Of a DNA stretch of 64,000 nt, positions 34,383-46,377 are shown one piece after another. Each line of letters opens with the position of its first letter. The stretch's first letter is position 1. A program made the translations under genes and the position numbers. The notes beneath the pieces are model-generated. The model was not told the origin of the DNA. It ran no database searches and saw only the letters and a list, made by a program, of their open reading frames with translations. This stretch comes from Rhynchopus sp. YZ270_cl-10 (taxonomy: Eukaryota), in assembly GCA_964035575.1 (NCBI GenBank), contig OZ037835.1, positions 1,922,001 to 1,986,000 on the forward strand, written 5' to 3'.

Positions 34383-35587
34383 GAAGTGGTGTCAGGATAC
34401 ACACTGAAAGCCATCATATTGGATCAGTGATTGCTGCATGGGATGGTCACATCAATGTAAGTGTTTTGTTTTGTTTTTTTAAAGGGCAGATTCTGTTTTT
34501 TACTTCTTTTTTCAACTCAAGCAGCATTCCGCTAGTTAACCGGAAAGACCAATCAGGACCTTCGCAGGGTTTCGGTTGGTGGAAGGGTTGCAAGCCAGGA
34601 CCTCCGGATTGCAGTTTTAGTTCCATCTTTGTGAACTGTTCTTTTGAAGACAAAATGTTGACGAGCCCACAAGAACGTCTGACGAACTCCCCCTTGTCCA
34701 CGTCTCTGCAGTGGACTGGAGGCTTGTTTTCGTTGCTAACCTATTGTGTGGAATGATGTGATGGGTTTTGCATGGTTGTGCACACACGTGATCGATTCGC
34801 AACATTCTTTCTGGAGGATGTGTGGCACATTCGTCATGCAATATCCTCTGTTTTTTTGTGTTCCCTGTTCCCATGCCTCTGAATCCCTTCATTGAGCGTA
34901 AAACGTATGTGAATAAAAAATGAGCAAACAAAGCACGTGAATAGGAGTGCACAGTGCACTCAGGAGGGGTGGATGCTTCCTTATTTGTTAGTGCCCACAT
35001 TTGCTTTGCATTACATTTTTATGTGTTGAATAAGTTCGTGTGTGTGTTGACACTGTTGTGTAATTTTTTCCTCTGGCATTCCAACGAGGTTTTTTATGTA
35101 AGGTGACTAAGCACGAGAGGCTCAGGGTCATCTTATAAAATTTTCTTCCTTTTTTTTTCTGCCTTTTGGAGTTTCCTCGTCTTTTATATCCACCTGTAGA
35201 GGAGGTGCCAGCGTTCACAGAAGCGTCTGCACTTTACAACTTCTATTTATCGTTTATTTCCCGCTGAAATTTACAGATTTTTCGACCCATTTTTTTGCCC
35301 CTCTGATTCCCCCCCAAAAAAGGTGCACTTTTATTGCAAAATGCGAGTTACATTGGGGGTGCTCACCAAAGAAAAAAAGGTTGGTCGGGGTTTTTTTATT
35401 AGTCTTTCGACTCACTTCCCCCTTTTTTTTATCTCGCACCACCTCCCCTTCAAGGTTTCGAGTAACAAAGTACAAAAAAACAGAAGCTTTTTTCACCTTT
35501 TGTCCCCCCCCCTTTTTTTTTTTAAACTTTTCTTACAATCTCCCCTTTCAAGGTTTTTGCACCTCTATACTTTACAACTCCTAAGAA

Positions 35588-36154
35588 ATGAACTACGTGC
35601 TCGCTGTACTGTGCTGTGTTGTCGCGACACAAGCAACGAACGTAACGTTTGTCGAATGGCAAGGCTGCCCTGACTGCACCAAATTCGGCGATGATTTTGT
35701 GGCCCGGGGACTCGACAAAGACCTGGGCGTGATGATGGACTTCACCGTGCTGTACATTGCTGGTCACCACCCGGGGGTTGTGGCTGACCCACAATTCCTC
35801 CCTTTTGCTGCATGCGCGCAGGACGTACCGCGATTCGGTTCTAACTTCACATGGTACAAAGTGCTGAACTGCGCAAACCCAGGAGAGCTTATTGAGACCT
35901 GCTGCAAGAAGGTGGGTCTGTCCGAGACGCAGTACACTGCAATCCATTCGTGCATGGCGAACACTACCCGTAGTGCCGCTCTGGTGACCGAGATGAACTC
36001 CCGTGCCGCAGCAACAGCCTCGGACTACCCCTGGTCCATCGTGGACGGGAAAGCCATGCCCGAGCCGGACACTCACGGAGACAATGCTGGCCCAACAATC
36101 CAGGAAATTTGCAACGACAACTGGCATGTGCCAGAAGCCTGCAAGAAGCAATAG
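35588..36154 (+). CDS. GILT-like (gamma-interferon-inducible lysosomal thiol reductase family) protein
   Basis: Signal peptide, QGCPDC CxxC, conserved Cys pattern, DYPWSIVDG near the C-terminus, terminal IC..PEAC. Confidence 0.75.
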   Translation: MNYVLAVLCCVVATQATNVTFVEWQGCPDCTKFGDDFVARGLDKDLGVMMDFTVLYIAGHHPGVVADPQFLPFAACAQDVPRFGSNFTWYKVLNCANPGELIETCCKKVGLSETQYTAIHSCMANTTRSAALVTEMNSRAAATASDYPWSIVDGKAMPEPDTHGDNAGPTIQEICNDNWHVPEACKKQ

Positions 36155-36479
36155 ATGATGGCAGAAAAAGATAAACTTTCAAGGGTGTACTATGCTTTGT
36201 TGTATGACATTATTATTTTGTGTGCTCAAAAAAAAAATGCAGTGTGATTTATTGCCTTTTTGTTTGTTTTCCGTTTGTGTTGCTGTTTCGTTTGGGGTTC
36301 TTTTTTAGTCTACGTTTGCTTTGATGAAGAGGATGGAGCTATTCTGCGTACAGTCACACAACGAACATAGAGTGGGGGGGGTAAAAACCCTGCTTAGAAT
36401 TTTGAAATCTCAAAATCCACCTATGTTTGTGATGTGACTGTCGTGGGATGAAAAAGAACAAAGACGGCTTTATTTTATA

Positions 36480-36888
36480 CCGACCCTCCCCCGTGAAATT
36501 GTCCCCCCTGGGGGGAAAAGTGTGGGCACGGGACCCAGTGACAAGTGACAAGTGAAATCACATGTCATTTCACTTGTCATAATATGACAAAAAAGTCACT
36601 TGTCATGACAAGTGACTTTCTATTGGGGTATAGGCTATTTACTTGTCATTTATTGTCACCATTTTCACTTGTCATTCACTTGTCATTTTCACTTGTCACT
36701 TGTCACTGGGTCCCGTCGTGGGGGGGTGACAATGTCTAGTACGTAACAGTGTTAGCAAAACCCTCCACTTCACACCAGACAGCAATGGCTCGAACCGAAA
36801 TTGTCCCCCCCTGCCTTGAAATTGTACCTGGGGGCAAAATACCGATTTTTTTTTTTGGGGGGGGGACAATTTCACGGGGGAGGGTCGG
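36480..36888. mobile_element. 409-bp MITE with 29-bp TIRs and TA target duplication (Tc1/mariner-type)
   Basis: TA|CCGACCCTCCCCCGTGAAATTGTCCCCCC ... GGGGGGACAATTTCACGGGGGAGGGTCGG|TA, perfect inverted match. Confidence 0.9.
36528..36716. mobile_element. Nested 189-bp MITE with 30-bp perfect TIRs
   Basis: ACGGGACCCAGTGACAAGTGACAAGTGAAA ... TTTCACTTGTCACTTGTCACTGGGTCCCGT; interior rich in TGACAA/TTGTCA motifs. Confidence 0.85.
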
Positions 36889-37393
36889 TAAACGTTTTTC
36901 TCACCGTTTCTGCGCAGTGTGCTGGATAAACAACTCTTCCAGTTATTTTGTTTTTGCAGAACCAATAAAGTGAGAAAAAGATTTAAAAAAAAAAATGAAA
37001 ACAATTTGATTCAATGTTCCAAAAGCGGCATTTCCCCAGCGCTGTTTTTTTGTTGTGCTTTCATCCAGATGGTATCGCACAGTGGGTCAGTCGGACCTCC
37101 CTGTATTCGGTTTGTTATGATATCTGTTTGCAAAGGTGTGGACAATAGAGTGATAGTACAGGTTGAACTCATTGCTTTTGACATTGGCACTTCTTTTTAG
37201 AATCAACAGAGTGTGCTTTTCCGTACTTCGTTATTTATTGTTTGTGTTGTTTTTCTTGCTGCGTACACCCATCGGCACCCAAATGAATATGTTATAAAAG
37301 AGAGAGCAGATGTGCAGTGTTGTTTCTTTCCACACACCTTCTCCACCTCATCACACCAATACAACAGGACAAAGGCTTTGGTTATAAGACAAT

Positions 37394-38611
37394 ATGGATT
37401 TGACCATCAAAGGGTTGAACGGAGTGAAGCATGCGGTCGAGCTGGGTGAGGATGACACACCTGCGGTGATGCGTCGGAAGGTGGCGTCTGCAGTGGGGTT
37501 GCCTGAAGACGGCTTTGTGATGAGTTTCGGTGGGGAGGCGATGGATGAAGGATACGACACGACGCAGCTGAGTACTGGAGACACAATCGAGTTGACGATG
37601 GAGAAGAAGGTCGAGGCCAGAGCAGCACTTCATGCGTTGGGTGAGAGGGACATCACTGCAGAGAGGCTGGTGACTGTGGAGGATCCTGAGGTTGCGTGTT
37701 TGCTTCTGCAGGCGGAGGTTGCGACTGTCATTCCGAATAAGTTCTTGGCACAGACATCGTTAACAGCACTTGATCTGAGTGCTGTGTCCTGTGTGACGGA
37801 AATTCGTGATCAGTTTCTTGAAGGGTGTACATCGCTGACGAGCATCGAGCTGTCTGGGTTGACACGTCTCACGCGGATTGGCACCAAGTTTCTTGCCAAC
37901 TGCAGCAGCCTCACAGCAGTGGACTTAACACCACTCAGAAATGTTACACGCATTGATGATTGGTTTCTTGCCATCTGCAGCAGCCTCACAGCAGTGGACT
38001 TAACACCACTCAGCAATGTTACACACATTGATGACCAGTTTCTTATGAACTGCACCAGCCTCACAGCAGTGGACTTATCTCCACTCAGCAATGTTACACG
38101 CATTCATGACCGCTTTCTTCACAACTGCAACAGCCTCGCAGCTGTAGACTTAGCACCTCTCAGCAATGTTACACAAATTGATGATTGGTTTCTTTCCAAC
38201 TGCAAGAGCCTCGCAGCAGTGGACTTATCGCCACTTCGCAATGTTACTCAAATTGGTACAAGCTTTCTTCGGAGCTGCAGCAGTCTCACAGCAGTGGACG
38301 TATCACCACTCAGCAATGTTACACACATTCAGGACCGCTTTCTTCGCAACTGCACCAGCCTCACAGAACTAGACCTGTCACGACTCAGTAGAGTTACGCA
38401 CTTTGGTGAGCTTCCTGTTTTCAACTGCACTTCGTTGAGGAGAATCCACCTTGCCGGCTGCAGCAATGTTGTGCTCAGTCGAGTACGCGAATGCAGGCGT
38501 GAAGGCGATATGAAGGAGTATGTGGTTTACGCACCTCCACCTCCACCTCCACCTCCGACACGTGGCAGAGACAAGACGAAAGCATCCGTGCCTTGCTGCA
38601 GTGTTTCGTAA
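37394..38611 (+). CDS. Ubiquitin-like + BspA-type LRR protein with CaaX-like end (CCSVS), paralogue 1 (8 core repeats)
   Basis: N-terminal UBL (MDLTIKGLNG..VELGEDDT...RRKVASAVGL..MSFGG..M.EG), 23-aa repeats IxxxFLxxCxSLTAVDLSPLxNVT, Pro/basic linker, terminal CSVS. Confidence 0.9.
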   Translation: MDLTIKGLNGVKHAVELGEDDTPAVMRRKVASAVGLPEDGFVMSFGGEAMDEGYDTTQLSTGDTIELTMEKKVEARAALHALGERDITAERLVTVEDPEVACLLLQAEVATVIPNKFLAQTSLTALDLSAVSCVTEIRDQFLEGCTSLTSIELSGLTRLTRIGTKFLANCSSLTAVDLTPLRNVTRIDDWFLAICSSLTAVDLTPLSNVTHIDDQFLMNCTSLTAVDLSPLSNVTRIHDRFLHNCNSLAAVDLAPLSNVTQIDDWFLSNCKSLAAVDLSPLRNVTQIGTSFLRSCSSLTAVDVSPLSNVTHIQDRFLRNCTSLTELDLSRLSRVTHFGELPVFNCTSLRRIHLAGCSNVVLSRVRECRREGDMKEYVVYAPPPPPPPPTRGRDKTKASVPCCSVS

Positions 38612-39021
38612 AGAGCGACAGGAGAAGCTAGGCAAGGAACGTAGAGCAGCTCCGCTGTGACAGCTGCTTGTCCCATTCTGCGACGTCGGTGTGAGTCTTA
38701 GAACACCGCCATCCGCGCCACCAAAGAGAAACAGAGCTGCAAAGATGAATGGCGGTGGGGACGTACGTTGTGTTCAAATGCAGGAATAAGGCAAGTCTGC
38801 TTGGGGTGCTGCCGGCAGGGCAAACGCTTGGCTTTGCGGCGGCGGTGTTGGCAGACAGCGATGTGGACAATACACTAAACGATGGGGAGGAAGGTGCCTC
38901 GTCGGGGGGTATTACAGAGTGATGGGGTTGAAGGGAAAAGGGGGAAAGGTTGGGCCTGCATCAATAACTTCACTTTCTTCAGGTCAAACGCCTTCACTCC
39001 ACTCTTGTCAAAAAAATAAGT

Positions 39022-39086
39022 TAGTGGAGCACACTCTAGGGTGGCTACACTAATACAACCAAGTTTTCAAAAAAAAAAAAAAAAAA
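39022..39086 (+). repeat. Dispersed 51-bp hairpin + A-tail repeat, copy 2 (18-nt poly-A)
   Basis: Identical to the 12024 and 47524 copies, followed by a long A run. Confidence 0.9.
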
Positions 39087-39893
39087 TACATTTCCCGACA
39101 CATCCAGCCATTGAAGGGGGTTGTGATCTGGGGTGGAGGGAAGCGTTTTCAGCATTTTTCAACCCCCTCTCTCGCCTGTCTTTTTCCATTCGCGATTTAT
39201 TTCATAATCCGTGACGCCACAGAGCCGGCACACTCGTTGAGTGCCTCACAAAACCTCAAATTTATTCCGCTTTGATTTTATTTATTGTCTTCACTCTTTA
39301 TCGTTGTTGCTGGGTTGGGAAATAAAAGGTGTAATCCTGTAGGGGTGTGGGTGTGTGTGTGGCACCTGGGTACAGCATGTATAACCTAGTGTATACTGGG
39401 ATTGTGCATAAATTGTATAGATCTGACTGCTATAAAATAATTTGGGATTGTATACGAAACGGTGAGATCTTTTCAATTTCCATACACTGTGTACACATTG
39501 TAGAGAACTGACTATAACCTTGTGAAAACATTTGACTTTCACCATTTTTTTTGGCTTTCGTGTGACTGAGTGTGGGGATGCGTTCAAGAATTAAACTCTT
39601 CCCTCCAAACCCCTTTTCGCCTCTGTTTTCTTTATCCAAACGGCAAGTGGATGTGTAGTAATTTTTGTCTTTTTCAGCACACATGTTGCAAGAATGTTTT
39701 ATAGGTCAAACCCCCCGCTTAACCCCACGTCTTTTTTTGTATGTTTGAGCATGGGGATCGAGAAGTTGAACACCTACCCTAGCCACATCCAGACTCCGTG
39801 TCTCCAACCGGGTCTATACGAGTCCGAATGGTCGAGGAGACTTGTTTTTGACCACAACACAACAACACAACACCATGAAAAGGGAGATTAAAA

Positions 39894-41210
39894 ATGCAGC
39901 TGGTTGTGCAGGGCTTCAGCAAGGAGTACGTGATTGAGGTGGGTGAGGATGACACAACGGCGACCATGCGGCAGAAGGTGGCGTCTGCAGAAGGGTTGTG
40001 CGAAGACAGCTTTCGTATGGGTTTTGGAGGGAAGGAGGAAGGAGAGGACATCAGAGAACTGAGTGCTGGCGAGACAATCACACTGACGAAGTCATCGAAG
40101 TACGAACCAATAAGAGCTCTTCATGCATTGGGTGAGACTGACATCACTGCAGAGAGGTTGGGGCAGGTGCGGGATCCTCAGGTGGCCAGCTTGCTCCTGC
40201 AGGCAGAAGTTGCGACTGCTATTCCAGATCACTTCTTCTCCGATGGTGCATCAGTGACGCACATTGTGTTCAGTTACGTGTCCGATGCGGATGACAACCG
40301 TGGCACCACACTGCACCTGCCTGCATTACCCTGTGTTGTCGCAATTGGGCACGGTTTCTTCTACAACAACTACACAGCATTGTCGACAGTGGACCTCTCA
40401 GGCATACAATCAGTCACCACAATTGGTGACTGGTTCCTCAACAACTGCAGAGCATTGTCGACAGTGGACCTCTCAGGCCTGCAAGCAGTCACCACGATTG
40501 GTGACGGGTTTCTCTTCAACTGCAGAGCATTGTCGACAGTGGACCTCTCAGGCTTAAAATCAGTCACCACAATTGGTGACTGTTTCCTAGACAACTGCAG
40601 AGCATTGTCGACAGTGGACCTATCAGGCCTGCAAGCAGTCACCACGGTTGGTTATGGGTTTCTCTCCGACTGCAGAAGCTTGTCGACAGTGGACCTCTCA
40701 GGCCTGCAAGCAGTCACCACGGTTGGTAACTACTTCTTCTCCAACTGCACAGCATTGTCGACAGTCGACCTATCAGGCTTACAATCAGTCACCATAATTG
40801 GTGACTGGTTCCTCTTCAACTGCACAGCATTGTCGAAAGTGGACCTCTCAGGTCTGCGAGCAGTCACCACGATTGGTGATGGGTTTCTCGAAAACTGCAC
40901 AGCATTGTCGACAGTCGACCTATCAGGCTTACAATCAGTCACCACAATTGGTGACTGGTTCCTCAACAGCTGCACAGCATTGTCGACAGTGGACCTATCA
41001 GGCCTGCGAGCAGTCACCACGATGGGTAACTACTTCTTCTCCAACTGCAGAAGCTTGTCGACAGTGGACCTCTCAGGCCTGCAAGCAGTCACCACGATTG
41101 GTAGCGGGTTCCTCAGCGAATGTACAGCACTGCAGACCGTACACGGTAAGGACAAGTGTAGCAGTGTTGTACGCAGCAGAGCAACCAAGTACAAATGTGT
41201 GTGCATGTGA
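39894..41210 (+). CDS. Ubiquitin-like + BspA-type LRR protein with CaaX (CVCM), paralogue 2 (10 core repeats, distinct repeat subtype)
   Basis: UBL N-terminus; repeats IGxxFLxxCxALSTVDLSGLQAVTT; basic tail RATKYKCVCM. Confidence 0.9.
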   Translation: MQLVVQGFSKEYVIEVGEDDTTATMRQKVASAEGLCEDSFRMGFGGKEEGEDIRELSAGETITLTKSSKYEPIRALHALGETDITAERLGQVRDPQVASLLLQAEVATAIPDHFFSDGASVTHIVFSYVSDADDNRGTTLHLPALPCVVAIGHGFFYNNYTALSTVDLSGIQSVTTIGDWFLNNCRALSTVDLSGLQAVTTIGDGFLFNCRALSTVDLSGLKSVTTIGDCFLDNCRALSTVDLSGLQAVTTVGYGFLSDCRSLSTVDLSGLQAVTTVGNYFFSNCTALSTVDLSGLQSVTIIGDWFLFNCTALSKVDLSGLRAVTTIGDGFLENCTALSTVDLSGLQSVTTIGDWFLNSCTALSTVDLSGLRAVTTMGNYFFSNCRSLSTVDLSGLQAVTTIGSGFLSECTALQTVHGKDKCSSVVRSRATKYKCVCM

Positions 41211-42131
41211 GGGACGTGCATCTTTCTGGCTAGCTGCTCACTGCGCCGTTCAGAGAACGAATTTTACGTTACACATTGCACTTTCCACTTTGCTTCTCCG
41301 AAAAAATGAAACTGGCAATGATTTTTTCTCCATGCGAAACCAGGGGTCCTAAGAGTGGTAACTTTTACCACTTCTGAAGTGACCTTTTTTATTTTTTTGA
41401 AATCCGAAGGTCACTTCGAAGTGCCCTTCGAAAAGTGCCCTAAAAAGTGACCTTCCTCTTTTTATTTTTGAAATCCGGTGTCACGAAGTGACCTCGGATA
41501 CTTAACATACACCGGGAACACGTTGGAGGGTCTTTTCTTTTTGCCAAGATTAGTAGTCTGCAGGGCTGCAGGTTGCCAATGTACATTTTTTTTTTTGCAA
41601 TTTTTCTTGAAATGTTGCGTACCGGCTTCGCCAGGAACCTTTGGGTGACATGACCGCCGTTTCTTTTAGAAATGTACTGAGGTTACTGATAAGGAGGCTG
41701 ACACCCACTAAGCACCTGCCAAAACATCTGCCTATGGCTGTGTTGTATTGTTCGTGGTAAGAAGCATAACGGTGGCACCAGACTGCGAGACCGCGAAATT
41801 GCCTCACAAAAAAAATCGTATCTAGTACCCTGTCCCTATGATACGGCGATAACCAACGTCCAGTGTATGTCCGAGGAATTTGCACCTTTTCAACTTCACT
41901 TTTGTTGTTCCTCTGAGGGGGGAAAGTTTTTTTTCCTAAGTAAGAGAAAACCGAATGGAGTGGGAACGCTAGTGAGAGCGCAGCGGAAACGATAGTGGGA
42001 ACGCAACGAGCTTTTTTCATAATGTTTTATTCTTCCCCACAAAATATCACGCGCAGAGAAACACTCGTTTTTCACACAGCGCGTCCGTTTTGTTTGTTTT
42101 TCTCAAACGACACCTTTTTTCAAAAAAATTT

Positions 42132-42327
42132 CCCCGGTATCACATATGATACTGTTTTCCATGGATACACATGAAAAGGAGTTCCGTGCTATTCACAGAA
42201 CTCGATAGGCGATTGAGCTTATCTAACAACAACCAAAACAAAAGAAAGTACAAAGAAGAGAATAAAAAATGCAGGAAAAATAGACAAAGAGAAAAACAAA
42301 GAGATTTTGACAAAGTGAACAATAAAA
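42132..42327 (+). repeat. ~195-bp repeat with an inverted copy at 60399-60592
   Basis: CCCCGGTATCAC...GACAAAGTGAACAATAAAA; near-identical reverse complement 18 kb downstream (both yield the same MKRSSVLFTELD short ORF). Confidence 0.9.
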
Positions 42328-42780
42328 CTCCCCAAAAAACGAGAAGTGACCTTGAAGTTACCATTATTAATTTTTTTGAGAACAGCGTTAGGACCCCTGG
42401 CAGGGGGTGATAACAAATATCTACTCCACTAATCGGGTCGAGAAAAAATGTCGTGAATTCAGAGAGGGTTGTCGTTCGGTTCAAAACGCACGTTTTGAAG
42501 CGACCAGAGCCTTATTTGCCGTCTTACCGTTTCCCCTCCCCCCTTGTACTTCAGGACGCGGTTTTTCGGGACTTTTGGGGTTTGAAAAAAGGATGGATGC
42601 GATCAACAAACAACGTATAAATATAGAACGGGGGGTATTTCATTTTTTTTTGAGGAAATTGCAGCGTTTCCTGGGCTGCGGGGTAGGGGGCGATAACACG
42701 TGATTGTGCACGATGACGCACGATGACAACACGATTTCACTTTTTTTGTTTTTTTAGTGGTGGTTTCACTGGTTTTCACT

Positions 42781-45064
42781 GGTACTATGGTACTATGGTA
42801 CTATGGTACTATGGTACTATGGTACTATGGTACTATGGTACTATGGTACTATGGTACTATGGTACTATGGTACTATGGTACTATGGTACTATGGTACTAT
42901 GGTACTATGGTACTATGGTACTATGGTACTATGGTACTATGGTACTATGGTACTATGGTACTATGGTACTATGGTACTATGGTACTATGGTACTATGGTA
43001 CTATGGTACTATGGTACTATGGTACTATGGTACTATGGTACTATGGTACTATGGTACTATGGTACTATGGTACTATGGTACTATGGTACTATGGTACTAT
43101 GGTACTATGGTACTATGGTACTATGGTACTATGGTACTATGGTACTATGGTACTATGGTACTATGGTACTATGGTACTATGGTACTATGGTACTATGGTA
43201 CTATGGTACTATGGTACTATGGTACTATGGTACTATGGTACTATGGTACTATGGTACTATGGTACTATGGTACTATGGTACTATGGTACTATGGTACTAT
43301 GGTACTATGGTACTATGGTACTATGGTACTATGGTACTATGGTACTATGGTACTATGGTACTATGGTACTATGGTACTATGGTACTATGGTACTATGGTA
43401 CTATGGTACTATGGTACTATGGTACTATGGTACTATGGTACTATGGTACTATGGTACTATGGTACTATGGTACTATGGTACTATGGTACTATGGTACTAT
43501 GGTACTATGGTACTATGGTACTATGGTACTATGGTACTATGGTACTATGGTACTATGGTACTATGGTACTATGGTACTATGGTACTATGGTACTATGGTA
43601 CTATGGTACTATGGTACTATGGTACTATGGTACTATGGTACTATGGTACTATGGTACTATGGTACTATGGTACTATGGTACTATGGTACTATGGTACTAT
43701 GGTACTATGGTACTATGGTACTATGGTACTATGGTACTATGGTACTATGGTACTATGGTACTATGGTACTATGGTACTATGGTACTATGGTACTATGGTA
43801 CTATGGTACTATGGTACTATGGTACTATGGTACTATGGTACTATGGTACTATGGTACCATGGTACTATGGTACTATGGTACTATGGTACTATGGTACTAT
43901 GGTACTATGGTACTATGGTACTATGGTACTATGGTACTATGGTACTATGGTACTATGGTACTATGGTACTATGGTACTATGGTACTATGGTACTATGGTA
44001 CTATGGTACTATGGTACTATGGTACTATGGTACTATGGTACTATGGTACTATGGTACTATGGTACTATGGTACTATGGTACCATGGTACTATGGTACTAT
44101 GGTACTATGGTACTATGGTACTATGGTACTATGGTACTATGGTACTATGGTACTATGGTACTATGGTACTATGGTACTATGGTACTATGGTACTATGGTA
44201 CTATGGTACTATGGTACTATGGTACTATGGTACTATGGTACTATGGTACTATGGTACTATGGTACTATGGTACTATGGTACTATGGTACTATGGTACTAT
44301 GGTACTATGGTACTATGGTACTATGGTGCTATGGTGCTATGGTGCTATGGTGCTATGGTGCTATGGTGCTATGGTGCTATGGTGCTATGGTGCTATGGTG
44401 CTATGGTGCTATGGTGCTATGGTGCTATGGTACTATGGTACTATGGTGCTATGGTGCTATGGTGCTATGGTGCTATGGTGCTATGGTGCTATGGTGCTAT
44501 GGTGCTATGGTGCTATGGTGCTATGGTGCTATGGTGCTATGGTGCTATGGTGCTATGGTGCTATGGTGCTATGGTGCTATGGTGCTATGGTGCTATGGTG
44601 CTATGGTGCTATGGTGCTATGGTGCTATGGTGCTATGGTGCTATGGTGCTATGGTGCTATGGTGCTATGGTGCTATGGTGCTATGGTGCTATGGTGCTAT
44701 GGTGCTATGGTGCTATGGTGCTATGGTGCTATGGTGCTATGGTGCTATGGTGCTATGGTGCTATGGTGCTATGGTGCTATGGTGCTATGGTGCTATGGTG
44801 CTATGGTGCTATGGTGCTATGGTGCTATGGTGCTATGGTGCTATGGTGCTATGGTGCTATGGTGCTATGGTGCTATGGTGCTATGGTGCTATGGTGCTAT
44901 GGTGCTATGGTGCTATGGTGCTATGGTGCTATGGTGCTATGGTGCTATGGTGCTATGGTGCTATGGTGCTATGGTGCTATGGTGCTATGGTGCTATGGTG
45001 CTATGGTGCTATGGTGCTATGGTGCTATGGTGCTATGGTGCTATGGTGCTATGGTGCTATGGTG
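42781..45064. repeat. 8-bp satellite, ~285 units: (GGTACTAT)193 then mostly (GGTGCTAT)92
   Basis: Directly visible; switch at 44325; rare GGTACCAT variants at 43853 and 44077. Confidence 0.98.
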
Positions 45065-45882
45065 TGGATGCTTCAATGCAACACTAAACTTTGATACAAA
45101 GAGACACAAGTAACTTTTCCTCCCAACATGTGCGCACAGATTCCACCCTCCCCCTCCCAGCCCTAGTGGTGCAACCCCGTGAAACCACCACTTATTAAAA
45201 TAAAGTGAAATCGCGTTCACATGCCTTTCTCTAAATGTCGTCCCCGTCCCCAGATTCGGGCGAACTCGATTTTTTTCCCGCATTTTTTTCCCGCCTTCTC
45301 CACTGCATTTTTGGTGTCCACAGCGGCTCAGAGGAGCCCGAAAAAAAAATACTTTGTGTGGATGAGACCGTGACGCCCCGACGTATGGCGACATCGACCT
45401 CGCTCTCGTCTCCGTGAGAGGGTTACGGAGGTCAAGTCGCACCCTTTATGATTAGTTGATCGGGGGTGTTAATATGGTCTAAAATCCCTCCACCCATCAT
45501 CCAGACATGACCCAGATTGTGTTCAATTGGGTCGAATTTTCACAGTGCTTCCCAAATTTGTCAGGGAGGCCGCGCAAAGCGCAAAAACCCGGGAAAAGGG
45601 CACAAAAATCACACAAAAAAGACGCGAGAAGGGCGGGAAAAAAACCGGTCCCCAGCCGAAAAAACCCGGAAAATAGGATCGTCACGGTTGAAGCCTGTCG
45701 TGTTGTTATCGTGCGTCATCGACGAGACAAGCTGAGGAAGGTGCAGGGTGATTGGCTGCGAAACCCCCCAATTGCCCCCTAAAAAAGTGCACCAGAGCGA
45801 TGACGCACGATAACGCACGATGACGCACGATGACACGCGATTATGCACGATAACTGAGCCTGAAAACGCTGCAGAAATCCAG

Positions 45883-45949
45883 ATGAACAAGATAAAACAA
45901 TAAGCTCGCGTTTCTTTTATCGAACAGATTTTATTCTCCGCCCCGTACC
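45883..45949. repeat. 67-bp dispersed repeat (second copy 63934-64000)
   Basis: ATGAACAAGATAAAACAATAAGCTCGCGTTT(C/G)TTTTATCGAACAGATTTTATTCTCCGCCCCGTACC. Confidence 0.85.
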
Positions 45950-46377
45950 CAAAACGTAAACACCACTTTGAATCAGAAAAAATATTTTCCTCTCCTTTTT
46001 TCTTCCACACGCGCTGGTTTTTGTATTTCGCTAATTTTTATCAAAAAGCTTTGTTTCGAGTGCGAAACGTTTCTCCATGTATTGCACGGGAAACAATATG
46101 ACAAACAGGTGCAGGGTGGTTCCGTGCTTATCATAGAACCTGGCACCTTGTGTGTCTCCCAAAAACCAAAAAAGCGTTGTGTGTGTAGTTTTGAAGGAAG
46201 GAAAAATAAAATCTATCCGTGATATCTTTGTGGTACCGTTTCTCTCCTTTTTTTTGGGAGTGGTGCCTTCCATTACCGCGAACACCTGAGCGTTTTTTTT
46301 CCCCTTCAAATAACCCACCCCACCCCACCAGCACACTTCACACACCCCCTCCCCCTCAAAACACCCCCCAAAACATA

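Noticed and set aside
42723..45113. Three ~780-aa ORFs (MVLWYYGT)n
   Set aside because: Artefact of an 8-bp satellite that lacks + strand stop codons in all frames.
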